This document shows, piece by piece, positions 37,211 through 49,368 of a DNA stretch of 64,000 nt. Below the pieces are notes generated by a model. That model was not told where the DNA came from. It saw only the letters and a program-made list of their open reading frames with translations, and ran no database searches. The stretch comes from Microthyrium microscopicum (Eukaryota), in assembly GCA_010405405.1 (NCBI GenBank), contig MU004235.1:1378538-1442537 (forward strand), given 5' to 3'. Every line of letters begins with the position of its first letter. Position 1 is the first letter of the stretch. The position numbers were made by a program, and so were the translations under genes.

Positions 37211-38130
37211 ATGGACAACGTTCGTGAAGCCATTACCGAAGTGCCAAACAAGCATCTCAAAAAGGCTCGCATGGGTGCAAGGGGAAAGAAAAGAGCCAAA
37301 AGCGGATGTCAAACCTGCAAGTAGGTGGTGTTCCTCGCTTGGGAAATCCCTGGTTCAACCCATCTCGATGTCGATTTCTAACACCAAGCAGAATCAGGCA
37401 TAAGAAATGCGATGAGGACAAGCCAACTTGCAATCAATGTCGAATCGCAGGTTATCGCTGCGAATTCGCCCATATTCGGCAGCTTGATGTCGTGGCTACA
37501 TCCAGATACCAACAAGCACTATCGAAGCGCAGTGACGACGCCCTGTATCCTCGGAGTCCTCAGCTTCTCGAGAGACCTTCCAATCTACCTCAGCATATGT
37601 TTATCCTAGAGGGCTACGATGCCATGCATTTCGACTACTTCCGGCACGTATGCGCCAAAGACACCGCGCTGGTATTCGAAGACCCGATATGGGAATCAAT
37701 TCTAGTGCAAGCCGCCTACACAGAGTCAAGTATATTCCATGCTGCACTAGCAACAGCCGTGCTGACGAGATATAACTACTATCCAACGCATAGCTCGTAT
37801 GATCCAAGTTTTGCACGTTCGAATATCGAATATGCTATGATTCAGTACGACCAAGCAATCAAGTGCTTGAATGCTCGATTTCGAACGGGCGTTGATAGCA
37901 CTGAGGTCGCAATCTTGGGTTGTATACTCTTCATCAGTATCGAAGGGTTTCAAGGCTATGCAATGCAAATGCATATGCATCTTCGTGGAGGACTTGCTCT
38001 TGTGGATGGTCTCAAGGTTGATGCTCTTAACACGAAGTGTCTGACAAACGCCTTTTATCAGCTGCGGGATCAGGTGCAAGGATTTGAAGGGTTGTATGAA
38101 GATAAACCAATGAATAGGATCGCGAATTGA
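37211..38130 (+). CDS. Zn(II)2Cys6 transcription factor (short)
   Basis: RAKSGCQTCK|IRHKKCDEDKPTCNQCRIAGYRC is restored by intron 37321-37391. It is followed by a partial fungal TF middle region (FDYFRHV..WESILVQAA..IFHAALA..QYDQAI). Confidence 0.85.
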
Positions 38131-39511
38131 GGAAGTGGACGCGCTGTGATGCTTGTCGGCAGTGTTCTCACCAGGCTGAAGGCATGGATGATTCTAGATG
38201 GTGGATGTGAGATGTTTCTCCAAAGTTCAATGGCATATCTCGAAGGTCCCAATCTTTTCGCAAAACTTGTCATTTCATCTTGATACCTTGGTGTTCTAAA
38301 GTTTGTACTCACTGCAAGATATCGGTGCCGGCATCGGAGCAAAACGGACAATGATGAAAAAGGAAATTTCAGCCACGTATTCAGCAGTCCCAGCCTTATG
38401 GTTAACCGTCAAGCAATAGCAAGACACTTCGGGAACACGAGACAGTTTCGTTCGTAGTTTTCTGGTATTTTGGGAAATGAATTGAGACGCCAACCACCTC
38501 AACCAGGGAAGATGTGTATCTTTTATCAGGAGCCAGCCTTTAAGATCTACAATTTAGGAGTCTGCATGCAAGGCTGGAACACCAACAAATTGTTATCAAA
38601 ATCTCATCCAGCTGAGATAGGAAAAAGTAACCATTGCCAATTGTGGCGGCGGGAATAATTTGCGAAAAAGCCCGCCCAACCCATTTTTTTGACCGCCATA
38701 TAGGAAATAGCAATCAACAAATGCACGATAGACTTGCAGCATGGAACGGAGAAGGTCGGAAAGCTACCTAGCACACGTTAGTCTAATGCTTGTATGACCG
38801 AAAATAGAAAGGAAAGGGAACGCAAATCGAAGGCCGGATGCTGCACACGCGCGGGTCTGGGTCTGGAACGGCATGTTCCTGTGGCGTTGAGCTTTTGAGA
38901 GCTGTTGGTTCTTGCAGGGTTTTCAAGTGGATCGTCCCTTTCCGTTCAAGCTGGTCGAGCTGAAGATTGTTTCTGTGCCTCAATTTGCATCAAACCTTCA
39001 ACAGGCATCGGATGCACGAATGGCCATCACCCAGGAACTGAGGTTACAAGTGGCATGGCAGCACACCATCCATTGAATTGGTCGCGTAATAAAGGCTGGG
39101 AACAATATAAGAGTGGCGAATTGTACGATAAATAGAATGCCAGGCTAAAGGGTGGAAACGGAGAGAGGTTGGATAAGGCGACGATAGAACAAAGATGTGG
39201 CGGCTTGGTGTGGTATAATAATAGGAGTGTGGTTGGGTATTGGGCTGTTGCTGGGACAGCTACCAAACGTTTTCATTGTTATCTTTGGAAGAAGTAATAT
39301 CTAACATCTGTCTTGGTTTTCCCAATGATCTCCATTGCTCAAGAATCAGTTCATACTTAGTACTCTACACCACGATCAAAGTTATTGGCGTTGATACACA
39401 TTACACGTCCCAAACACCACCACTACTACCCACAAAGTACGGCAGCTACCCGTATCGCTTGCCAATTGACAACAGTGTATTCATCGACACCGCCTTCTAT
39501 AAAAGCTGCAG

Positions 39512-39677
39512 GTAAGTGCCCGAACCATTGGCTGCAGTCGAGCTTGGGTGCATCAGGGACAGGCCTAGTACCCACTCGACGTCACCTTCCCAGGGATTTT
39601 TTTGTGTTGCAGACTTGCAGTTGAAGCAATTCCAGGAGGCTTCTTTTTCGACCACCACCACTAACCTTCTACAACAG
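39512..39677 (+). other. Probable 5'-UTR intron of UGP1
   Basis: CAG|GTAAGT donor at 39512, CTAAC branch site at 39661, CAG acceptor at 39675-39677, 140 nt upstream of the UGP1 ATG. Confidence 0.55.
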
Positions 39678-39817
39678 ACAATCCCATATCTGTCGATCAC
39701 TTGCCCCTCACATCTATTCTCCCCGCTACTCTATCTTTTTGATCTCTGTGTCGTCAGACTTCTTCTCCTCTTCATTCTCACATCCTCTGCTACAACCTGC
39801 AGCCCGAACAATCAGCT

Positions 39818-42105
39818 ATGGCCTCTAGACTTGCTGCAATCCCCTCCCACCTCGCCAAAGAGAATGGCGAGGGCGGCGAGTTTGCCCGCAAGCACCATGG
39901 CAAATCTCAATCTCATGTGGTAAGTCTCTTTTTCTTTCGTTACACAATGCCCGCATCGCCCTGATCCCATTTCCTTTGGTGTCCCTTGACTGCAAACGCG
40001 GGGCTGGACTTCCAGGAGTTGAACCAAAGGAGTGCTGTCAAAAGGAGGCTTCACGGCACCGACAACAAGAAATTCCAATGTAAACATCTGCGTTGCCTTA
40101 GGCCAAACCATGGAGCTTCTGCTGTTCTCAATTTCCTGGCCATGGAGGACATCCAATGGGCATTCACGTATTCTGGAGCTCGCTGGGTCTACACCCAGGA
40201 GAAGGCAACTGCAATCCTCACTGTTGCTCGCTGTTTCTACCTTTGGCATTGGTTACTATGGCTCTTTCTGTTAATACACTGAGCTATGAAGCACTCTGGA
40301 TGCCTCAATACCTCTGTTTTCGAGTTGGATATTGCCTCTTGAACTCTGTTTTTGGATAATTTTCCACAATCTTGATATTTCCCATCGATATTGGTGGCTC
40401 CCATCAACTATACTGTCTGCAACCAAGTGCGCTGGCCCCCATCGAATGCGTTGGGAAATTTGCGATTTGGATAGAAATGGGCAAATTCGACAATATTTTG
40501 GACTGGGCGAAGCAAATTCCAGTCACTGAACCGCCAATGGATGATAATATTCCAGAATTTGGCGTCTTTCCGATGGATATGACCCCTGAGAAGCTCGTTC
40601 GCGTCAAAGTTGATACATCTCAGTTTGCTAACAATTGGCAGGCATTTGAGAATACCAGCACTAACATTGCGGCATCTCAAATGCGCAACTCTCTCAACCA
40701 ACTCACCGATACGGTCAAGGACCCTGAACAGAAGAAACTGTTCGAGACTGAGATGGACAACTTCTTTGCTCTATTCCGTCGCTATCTGAACGACAAAGCC
40801 AAGGGCAACGCCATTGACTGGGCCCGCATCGCCCCTCCAAAGGCTGACCAGGTCGTCGAATATTCTGCTCTCGAGAACTCCGAGGCTGTGGAATTCTTGG
40901 GCAAGTTGGCTGTTCTCAAGCTCAATGGTGGTCTCGGTACTTCAATGGGTTGTGTTGGCCCCAAATCTGTCATTGAAGTTCGTGACGGCATGTCCTTCCT
41001 TGACTTGTCTGTGCGTCAAATCGAGTATCTCAACCGCACGTACGGTGTCAGCGTTCCATTTGTTCTTATGAACTCCTTCAACACTGACGCAGACACGGCC
41101 AACATCATCAAGAAGTACGAGGGTCACAATCTTGACATCCTTACCTTCAACCAGTCCAAGTACCCACGTGTCATCAAGGACTCTCTTCTTCCAGCCGCAA
41201 AGAACGCGGATTCCATTCTTAGCGACTGGTATCCACCAGGACATGGTGACGTATTCGAGGCTCTCTACAACTCTGGAACCTTAGACAAGCTTCTGGAACG
41301 TGGAGTCGAAATCGTCTTCCTATCCAACGCTGACAATCTTGGAGCTGTTGTCGATCTACGCATCTTACAGCACATGGTTGACACCAAGTCAGAATACATC
41401 ATGGAGTTGACCGACAAGACCAAGGCTGATGTCAAGGGTGGTACTATTATTGACTATGAAGGTTCCGTCCGTCTTCTTGAAATCGCCCAAGTGCCAAAAG
41501 AACACGTCAACGAGTTCAAGTCCATCAAGAAGTTCAAGTACTTCAACACCAACAACATCTGGATGAACCTCCGCGCCATCAAGCGTGTGGTCGAGGCCAA
41601 CGAACTCGCTATGGAAATCATCCCCAACGAAAAGTCTATTCCAGCAGACAAGAAGGGCGAGGCTGACCAATCAGTCATCCAACTCGAGACTGCTGTCGGT
41701 GCCGCCATCCGTCACTTTAAGAACGCTCACGGTGTCAACGTACCCCGCCGCCGTTTCTTGCCAGTCAAGACCTGCTCCGATCTCATGCTTGTCAAGTCCG
41801 ACTTGTACACACTCCAGCACGGCCAGCTCGTCATCGATCCCAATCGTATTGGCGGTGCTCCTCTCATCAAGCTCGGTAGCGACTTCAAGAAGGTGTCCAA
41901 CTTCCAATCGCGTATCCCAAGCATTCCCAAGATTGTCGAACTCGACCATCTGACCATCACCGGAAAGGTCACACTCGGCCGCAACGTGCAGCTCAAAGGC
42001 ACCGTCATCATCGTTGCCAACGAAGGTGGCTCCATTGACGTTCCTCCAGGCTCTATCCTAGAGAACGTCGTGGTCCAGGGTAGCTTGCGTCTCCTCGAGC
42101 ATTAG
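39818..42105 (+). CDS. UGP1: UTP-glucose-1-phosphate uridylyltransferase
   Basis: Exon 1 39818-39919 (MASRLAAIP...HHGKSQSHV), intron 39920-40641, exon 2 40642-42105 ([41 protein letters not shown]). Confidence 0.97.
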
Positions 42106-43525
42106 AAGCGGTCTCCGCACTGTAGTGTTCCAAACACCACCATTGGCATATGCATGAGGTTTGGGTCTTGTTTTGCGATTGACTCATGTTGTTTTCCTCG
42201 TGGGCCGGCTGTGGATATTGGCCAAGTTGCGTCGTCTGCTGATGTTTATGCGGATGAAGAAAAGCAATGATGTTTATTATGAGATGATGGGTTATAACGT
42301 GTTTTCTTGATAGGCAATTGTGTTGGTGTTGTTATGAAGGATTTTGAGACACTTTGCCTACGTCAAGTTGTAATGATGTTTATTGAGCGAAAAACAATCG
42401 ATAGACCTTTACCACATTCCTCTTCTAATCATTCCATTCACTGTGACTCCTTTAGCATCATGCACAATTATACGCTGCCCTTACGCCTTGACAATCGCGG
42501 AAAATAGCCATTTCCTTCCCTCATTGAGCGAGTATATCATCTTGGAATCAGTGAGCCATTTAAGCGATTACCCCATCGAGGGCGATGGCTGCCATAGCCC
42601 TTCTTAAAAGATAGTTCGCACAATTCCCATCGAGTACAACGTAGGTGTTAAGGCTATGAAGTGCGATGTGGTGATCGAGCTTGAGGCTGGCCGGATAGAG
42701 TAGGGGACTCTGAGCTGATAATCTATGGGAAAGGATCAATCCAGGATCCGGGTTTGATGATAAAGTGTACACTGCTATCCCGAAGAGTCCTAAGATGAAG
42801 TTTCGGTAGCTTTTTGCTTACTCGATCATGAATACGGCGTGTAGAAGCGCTTTATGCAGCGCCGGCGCCGCGGCGGAGTTAAAGTGATGAGGCTCAAAGG
42901 GGGATGGTGCAGCCATTGATGAGGAGAGCAATTATTGATATGCAGCAGGGGTCACCACTCCTGTAACTCCAGCAAATTCCTTCCTTCTCTTTTACGCTTA
43001 ACTTCGAATAGGTGCAGTAGCTGCATAATCGGACATATCCTTCTTTCCATGCCCTGACAACTCGAGCTCGCTACTGGCTGCTGTGCTTGGCACATCTACC
43101 GTACCTTTGCAAGCATGGTGTATCATTATTGCCGGATGCGCTTTTTACCGCCGCCTTCGGACAAATGCTTTGCAAAGCATCATCAACTGTCGTAGCCCTT
43201 TATCCTGGCATGTTGATATCTCGGGGAACCTTGAGGTCGACGCCAAGCAATAGCAGATATGGGATCAGCAACCGGGAGAGCAGGTCGTTCGATGAAGGAG
43301 ATAGCGGACCAAGGAGATTTACATGCAGCTGAGGTTGGCAATACTGACCCGATTAATTCACCATCATAACTCCTAGCAATCGATATAAATACCAATCCGA
43401 TCCCACTTGTCTTCTTTCCACCATCATACATCCCAATCCAACTGACCATACCAGCCTCACTTCAACCAACAACACCATCACCACTTTCCATCCAACCATC
43501 CAAGCACCAATCCCAATCACCAAAC

Positions 43526-44603
43526 ATGCCTGGCCGTTATCACGACTCCTGGGTCAACCGGACCGGCCCCGGCGACGCCCGTCCTACAGCAATCCAAATC
43601 GTCAAAGATGAAAACCGCGTCGGCACACTCAGCGACAAAGTCGTCGTGATCACCGGAACATCTGGCGGCATTGGCGTCGAAACCGTCCGCGCAATGCACT
43701 TGACCGGCGCCACCGTCTTCGCAACAGCACGCAAAGCCGACGTCCTCCACTCCGTAGTCGAAGAGATTCTCAAAAGCGACCCAGACAACAAAGCGCCCAT
43801 CCACGAAATCATCATCGACCAAACAAGCTTCGCATCCGTCCGCAAAGGCGCCCAAGAAATCCTCGAAAAGAGCAACGGCAAAGTCAACATCCTGATAAAC
43901 AATGCCGGTGTGATGGCAACACCAGAGGGCAAGACGGAAGATGGATGGGAGACGCAATTCGGCGTCTGCCATCTCAGCCATTTCCTTCTCTTCCAACTAC
44001 TCAAACCCGCTCTACTAGCCAGCAGCACCAAGGACTTCAACAGCGTACGTATCCACCCCCTTTCCGCAAACAAACCACCATACTAACAGCACGCAGCGCG
44101 TAGTAAACGTCTCCTCCTTCGGCCACCGCGGCGGCCCAGTCCGCACCCACGACTACAACTTCACAAAAGATGCCTACGACCCGTGGCTAGCCTACGGACA
44201 AGCCAAGACGGCCAATATATGGATGGCCAACGAGATCTCGCGCCTCTACGGATCCAAGGGCCTGTGGGCATATAGTTTGCATCCTGGTGGAATCAACTCT
44301 GGTCTTGGCAAACATCTTGACCCAGCGTTGTTCGAAGCGCTCAATACACCGACCATAATGGCCTACTATAAGTCCCCCGCGCAAGGAGCGGCTACATCAG
44401 TGTGGGCGGCAGTAGCGCATGAGTATGAGGGGAAGCCGAGTAAGTGGTTGAGTAATTGTGAAGAGGTTGGACCGGCGGAGGTGGAGGGGTTGGCGTTTGG
44501 GACTGTGGATGATGGATATGCGCCGCATGCGTTTGATGAGGCGGGGGAGAAGAAACTTTGGGCGGATAGTTGTAAGGCTGTTGGGGTTGAGAATGATTCT
44601 TAG
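43526..44603 (+). CDS. Short-chain dehydrogenase/reductase (retinol dehydrogenase/WWOX-like)
   Basis: VITGTSGGIG, LINNAGVMATP, RVVNVSS, YGQAKTANI, SLHPGGI, QGAATSVWAA. Intron 44045-44096. Confidence 0.92.
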
Positions 44604-44806
44604 AATGGGCTATTCAGCTATTCATATGGTGGATATAAGACATTTTGCTAGAAATAATGACGATAGAAATGTATGAAATGAATGGAAAGCAGGAGCTTTT
44701 GTGTTTGAATATTCTATTTACAATAACTACCTTTACCGCCCAGTGACACTGTAACACCGTAGCACGCCTCAAATATCACGTTCATCTTTTTCATGAGCCT
44801 AGGCTT

Positions 44807-46456
44807 CTATTTGCCTTCTACTTCGTCCAAGAGTCCTTGGAGGTTGATACTCTTTGGTCGCTCGATAGGGAGGCCGAGCGCACGATCCCAGATCAATTGG
44901 GCGAGTGGGCCGAGACCACGGGACACGCCGAAGGTTGCGGTATAGTAGAGCATTTCCTTGAAGCCGTAGTAGTGGAAAAGCACACCAGAGGAGGAGTCGA
45001 CGTTGGGGTATGGGTTCTTGGTCTACATCATACGTTAGTGGACAGTCTCGTGGAAGGCGGATAGAATGCTTACCTTTCCGTGCTCCTTGAGTACATCAGG
45101 AGCAATCTCAGAGTTCTTCTTGACGAGCTTGAAGATAGGATCTTCAGCAATCTTGGGCCGAGCAGCCGCATAGTCCATCAACGCATCGAAGCGAGGATCT
45201 GGTTGACGCAATACTCCGTGACCATAACCAGGTACTACACGACCAGACTTTAGTGTCGTCCAGAGGTATTCCTTGACATCCTTATCACTGTAGCCTTCAG
45301 GCATGGAGTCCTTCATCTGAATAATCCATCTGAGCACTTCCTGCGCCGCAAGACCGTGCAATGGACCCGCTAGACCTTGCAGACCAGCCGAGTACGACAA
45401 GAATGGATCAGAGAGCGCTGAGCCAACAAGATGAGTCGCATGTGCGGAAACATTGCCACCTTCGTGGTCACCGTGGAGCGCGAGGTAGAGACGGAGCAAG
45501 TCCTGGAAATCTTCATGCTGTTTGCCGCCTTTGCCGAGCATGGCGGCGAAGTTGTATGCCCAATCTTGCTCTGGGTCTGCTTTGGCTGGGAGTGCTCCAC
45601 CTCCTTCATATGCATTTTGGTAGATCTTTGCGGCGATGGTGGGGAGTTTGGCTAGTAGGCTGATGCTGTCGTCAAAGGTTGGTTCCCAGTATTCAGCCTT
45701 GTTGAGACCCTTTTCGTATGCCTTTGCGAAGAGAGAGGTGTGGTTTAGGGCGGAGACTGCAATAGCGAATTGGGTCATGGGATGGAGATCGGTTGGGAAG
45801 GCGTCCATCATCTTATTAACGAACTCTGGCAGTTCTGATTTCTCAGCCAACTCGCGAGAGAGTACGCGGACCTGGCTGGTGCTGGGGACTTCGCCAGTGA
45901 GGAGCAGCCAGAACATGGCTTCTGGTAGCATTTCTGTGCCTGAAGTTCCCTTTGGAAGCTCCTTTTGGCAATCCTTGATCGTTCGGCCATGGAATCTGAT
46001 TCCCTCATTGGCATCTAGAACTGAACCTTCCCATACCATAGCCTTGAGGCCCCTGAAAGTTGGTAGTCAGCCTTATTGTCAGCTGCAGAATAGGGATGGA
46101 ATCGTACCGCATGCCACCCAAGGCATTCTCAACCTTGACAACACCGATTTGCTTATCGCCATGTGCTTTGACTTTCTTTAAAAGTTCTCGTTTGGCGGGT
46201 ATTAATCCTTTTAGAGTCTCCTTGAGATTTGGTTCTGAGGAAGCGGAATAGTTCCGCTTGAGCTCCCAAGCTGCAGCTGCACGTCAATTAGCGATGATCT
46301 CTGAGGGGCAGTTCAACGGTTTTCGTACCAGGTACAGAAGACTTGACAGCTGTTGGCTACACACAACAATTAGAGCTTTTCTACAGATGATCTCACCACA
46401 AAACTTACGCGAACAGCTCTCAGAGCGCGTGAAGCTGATCTTGGAGCCAAAGCCAT
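44807..46456 (-). CDS. mcsA: Mitochondrial 2-methylcitrate synthase
   Basis: Citrate-synthase fold motifs ([29 protein letters not shown]), with LHGLAAQEV rather than the LANQEV of ordinary fungal citrate synthase. Presequence [16 protein letters not shown]. Four introns; adjacent to methylisocitrate lyase. Confidence 0.9.
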
Positions 46457-46709
46457 TGTGAGTGAAGTGGGGCTGTTGATCAGAGGAGAGGGGTAGAGAC
46501 AGGATCAATAGAGACAAATACAAGCAAGACAAGACACCAAGGAGGTCACAAAGCAGAAAGCTGGATGTGTGAGGGCAATGGTCAGTATTTTAAAAGATTG
46601 AGAACCGGCTATGTACGGCGAGAAACAGACTGCATTGTTGCATTGGCTCTGGATTGTTGTTCCTGACCATGCCTAGCCATCAGCTCATGGTTTTCCCCTT
46701 GAGCCGCCC

Positions 46710-46790
46710 CCGAGGTCGGCAATCGTCTCAGCGGAAGTCTTTACGCGATTCTATCTCTCCCCAAGCCCGACCAAGAACCTGTATCCGAGG
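46710..46790. promoter_or_regulatory. Two CCGAGG elements (FarA/FarB, Ctf1-type consensus) in the mcsA-mclA divergent promoter
   Basis: CCGAGG at 46710-46715 and 46785-46790. Confidence 0.55.
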
Positions 46791-47078
46791 ACTTGTCTAT
46801 AATCTTCCATTTATTTTCGAAAAGCTAGCATTACAAACATTGTAGAAATTAGTTGCAAAACCCATCTTTTGTGGCAAATCTCGTCACTTCAACGGCTTCA
46901 TTCCACCGCGACCGCTTTGTGACCTCAGTCGTAAATCGCATAAAACACCGTCAGCAGCCGACGGTTGCCGTATACATTTGATCCCAGCTTAGTACAATCA
47001 TACATACGCTGTGATTCAAGATCTTATACCTGTTACGTGCTCCTTGAGCATTGTAAACCTTCATATACTTCATTCACA

Positions 47079-48905
47079 ATGCTTCGGCCTGCTTTAAGAG
47101 CCGTAGCTCGCACTCGACGCGTTCCTTCTCAACTCTCACGATCCCTGACCACCACCGCCGTTCTTAGAATGCCAACCACTCTTTCTCCCCCAACCGCGCC
47201 ATTAAACACTCCTCTACCGTCCGACTCCTTTCACCTACTTCCTCAATCATCTAAAGCTGGTGCCGCTGAAGATGCACTATACAATGCCCAAATACAAGCC
47301 GTCAAAGAATGGTGGGCAAGTCCGAGATACAAGGACATCAAACGACCATATTCTGCAGAAGATGTTGTCTCGAAACGAGGCACATTACAACAAGTATACC
47401 CATCCAGTGTGATGGCACGAAAACTATGGGAGCTGTTCCAAAAACGTGCGGCGGAAGGAAAGCCAGTGCATACAATGGGAGCCATTGATCCTGCTCAGAT
47501 GACTCAACAAGCACCAAATCAAGAAGTTTTATATCTTTCCGGATGGGCATGCAGCTCTCTCTTAACATCCACCAACGAAGTCTCCGCGGACTTTGGTGAC
47601 TATCCATATAACACCGTACCAAACCAAGTACAGCGCATGTTCAAAGCCCAACAACTTCACGACCGCAAACAATGGGACGAGCGACGAAAAATGACCGCTG
47701 AAAAGCGTGAAAGTACACCATACACTGACTATCTCCGACCTATCGTAGCAGATGGTGATACTGGGTAAGCTCCTTCACTACCCCCATTCGTAAACAAGTA
47801 CTAACATGTTCCCAGCCATGGCGGTCTAACAGCCGTAATGAAACTATCCAAACTCTTCGCCGAAAACGGTGCCGCCGCAGTCCACTTTGAAGACCAACTC
47901 CACGGCGGCAAGAAATGCGGCCATTTAGCCGGCAAAGTGCTCGTGCCTATCCAAGAGCACGTCAACCGGCTCGTCGCCGCACGCTACCAATGGGATATCA
48001 TGGGCTCCGAAAACCTCGTCATTGCACGCACTGATTCCGAAAGCGGAAAGTTACTTTCCAACGCCATCGACGTACGCGACCACGAATTCATCCTCGGCGT
48101 CAACGAAGAAACCTCCCCACTAGCAGAAACTCTACAAGCCATGGAGCTCAAGGGCGCCACAGGTGAAGAAATCGACGTATACGAAGCACAATGGGTAAAG
48201 AAGCATAAACTCGTAACCTTCGACGAAGCAGTAACTCTACACCTCCAAAAAGAAGGCTCCAGCCCAGACGAGTACCTAGCCAGCGTCAAAGCCGATCCAA
48301 ATCTCTCCCTCCCAGCACGTCGACAATTAGCGGCCAAATACACGAAAACACCTGTCTTCTTCTCCTGGGACATCCCACGTACCCGCGAAGGCTACTACCA
48401 CTACCGCGCCGGCGGACCCGCCGCCATAAAACGCGGCATCGCGTTCGCGCCCTATGCAGATCTCTTATGGGTCGAGACGGGTACACCATCCGTCGAAGAA
48501 GCGCAGACACTTGCGCGTGCGATCCGCGCGGAAGTGCCAGGGAAACAACTTGTGTATAATTTGAGCCCGAGCTTCAATTGGATGGCATCTGGTTTCACAG
48601 AAGAGACGCTCAAATCCTTCGTATGGGATTTGGCGAAGGAGGGATTCGTGTTACAGTTGATATCACTGGCTGGTCTACATAGTAATGCGGTGGCAACGCA
48701 TGTGTTGAGTGGCGCGTTTAAGGAGGAGGGTATGTTGGCGTATGTGAATCTAGTGCAGAAGAAGGAGAAGGAGAGTGGTTGTGATGTTCTCACGCATCAG
48801 CGGTGGAGTGGTGCTGGGTTGATTGATGGCATGGTTGGTGCTGTGCAGAGTGGAAGTAGCAGCGCGAAATCGATGGGTGAGGGAAATACAGAGAATCAAT
48901 TTTAA
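47079..48905 (+). CDS. mclA: Mitochondrial methylisocitrate lyase
   Basis: ICL-family [17 protein letters not shown] and LISLAGLHS match the methylisocitrate-lyase type rather than GWQ/FITLAG of isocitrate lyase. Arg-rich presequence. Intron 47765-47815. Confidence 0.92.
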
Positions 48906-49368
48906 AGGTGGTAGTGATGGATATGTAGATACCAGTTATGATAGATATGTTTTTGTTTATGGATGGGCTGGATTTATCGCCCCTGAATGCTATGCTGTTT
49001 CTATATTCATGTTATATGGAATATGTGATGTCTCGGCAGAAGCCTTTTCTCGAGTCGTAATATCTTCTTACAATACCATTCCTTCATCAACTTTAACCAC
49101 AGACACAAGGTTGTAGACATTTCCAATACAAACACACGATCCTACGATCCCATGCGCATCAGCCTCGCATTACCGAGATTCATGTCCAAAGATTCAGTTT
49201 CGCACGTCTCGGCTCATTCCAGGACCACTGAAGCAGATCCGGATGATTTGACTAATCGGTGCTAATTCTCATCGCCGTCACGAGCCGTAATTTGCCTCCT
49301 TCTCACCTGGTACCCTTCAAAAGCACATCTTCGGAGAACGTTCTTTGCGTAACGATGATACTTCGCTT

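Noticed and set aside
39512..40641. TPP riboswitch or snoRNA in the UGP1 introns
   Set aside because: No CTGAGA/TGAT..TAAT aptamer core and no convincing C/D or H/ACA boxes were seen.
42490..42830. Coding-like minus-strand fragment between UGP1 and the SDR gene
   Set aside because: Short, interrupted by stops, and not assignable to any family I recognise.
43517..44073. Long antisense ORFs over the SDR gene (and similar ones over TIM50, IQGAP, GH92, mcsA)
   Set aside because: These are shadow frames produced by codon bias in the real gene.
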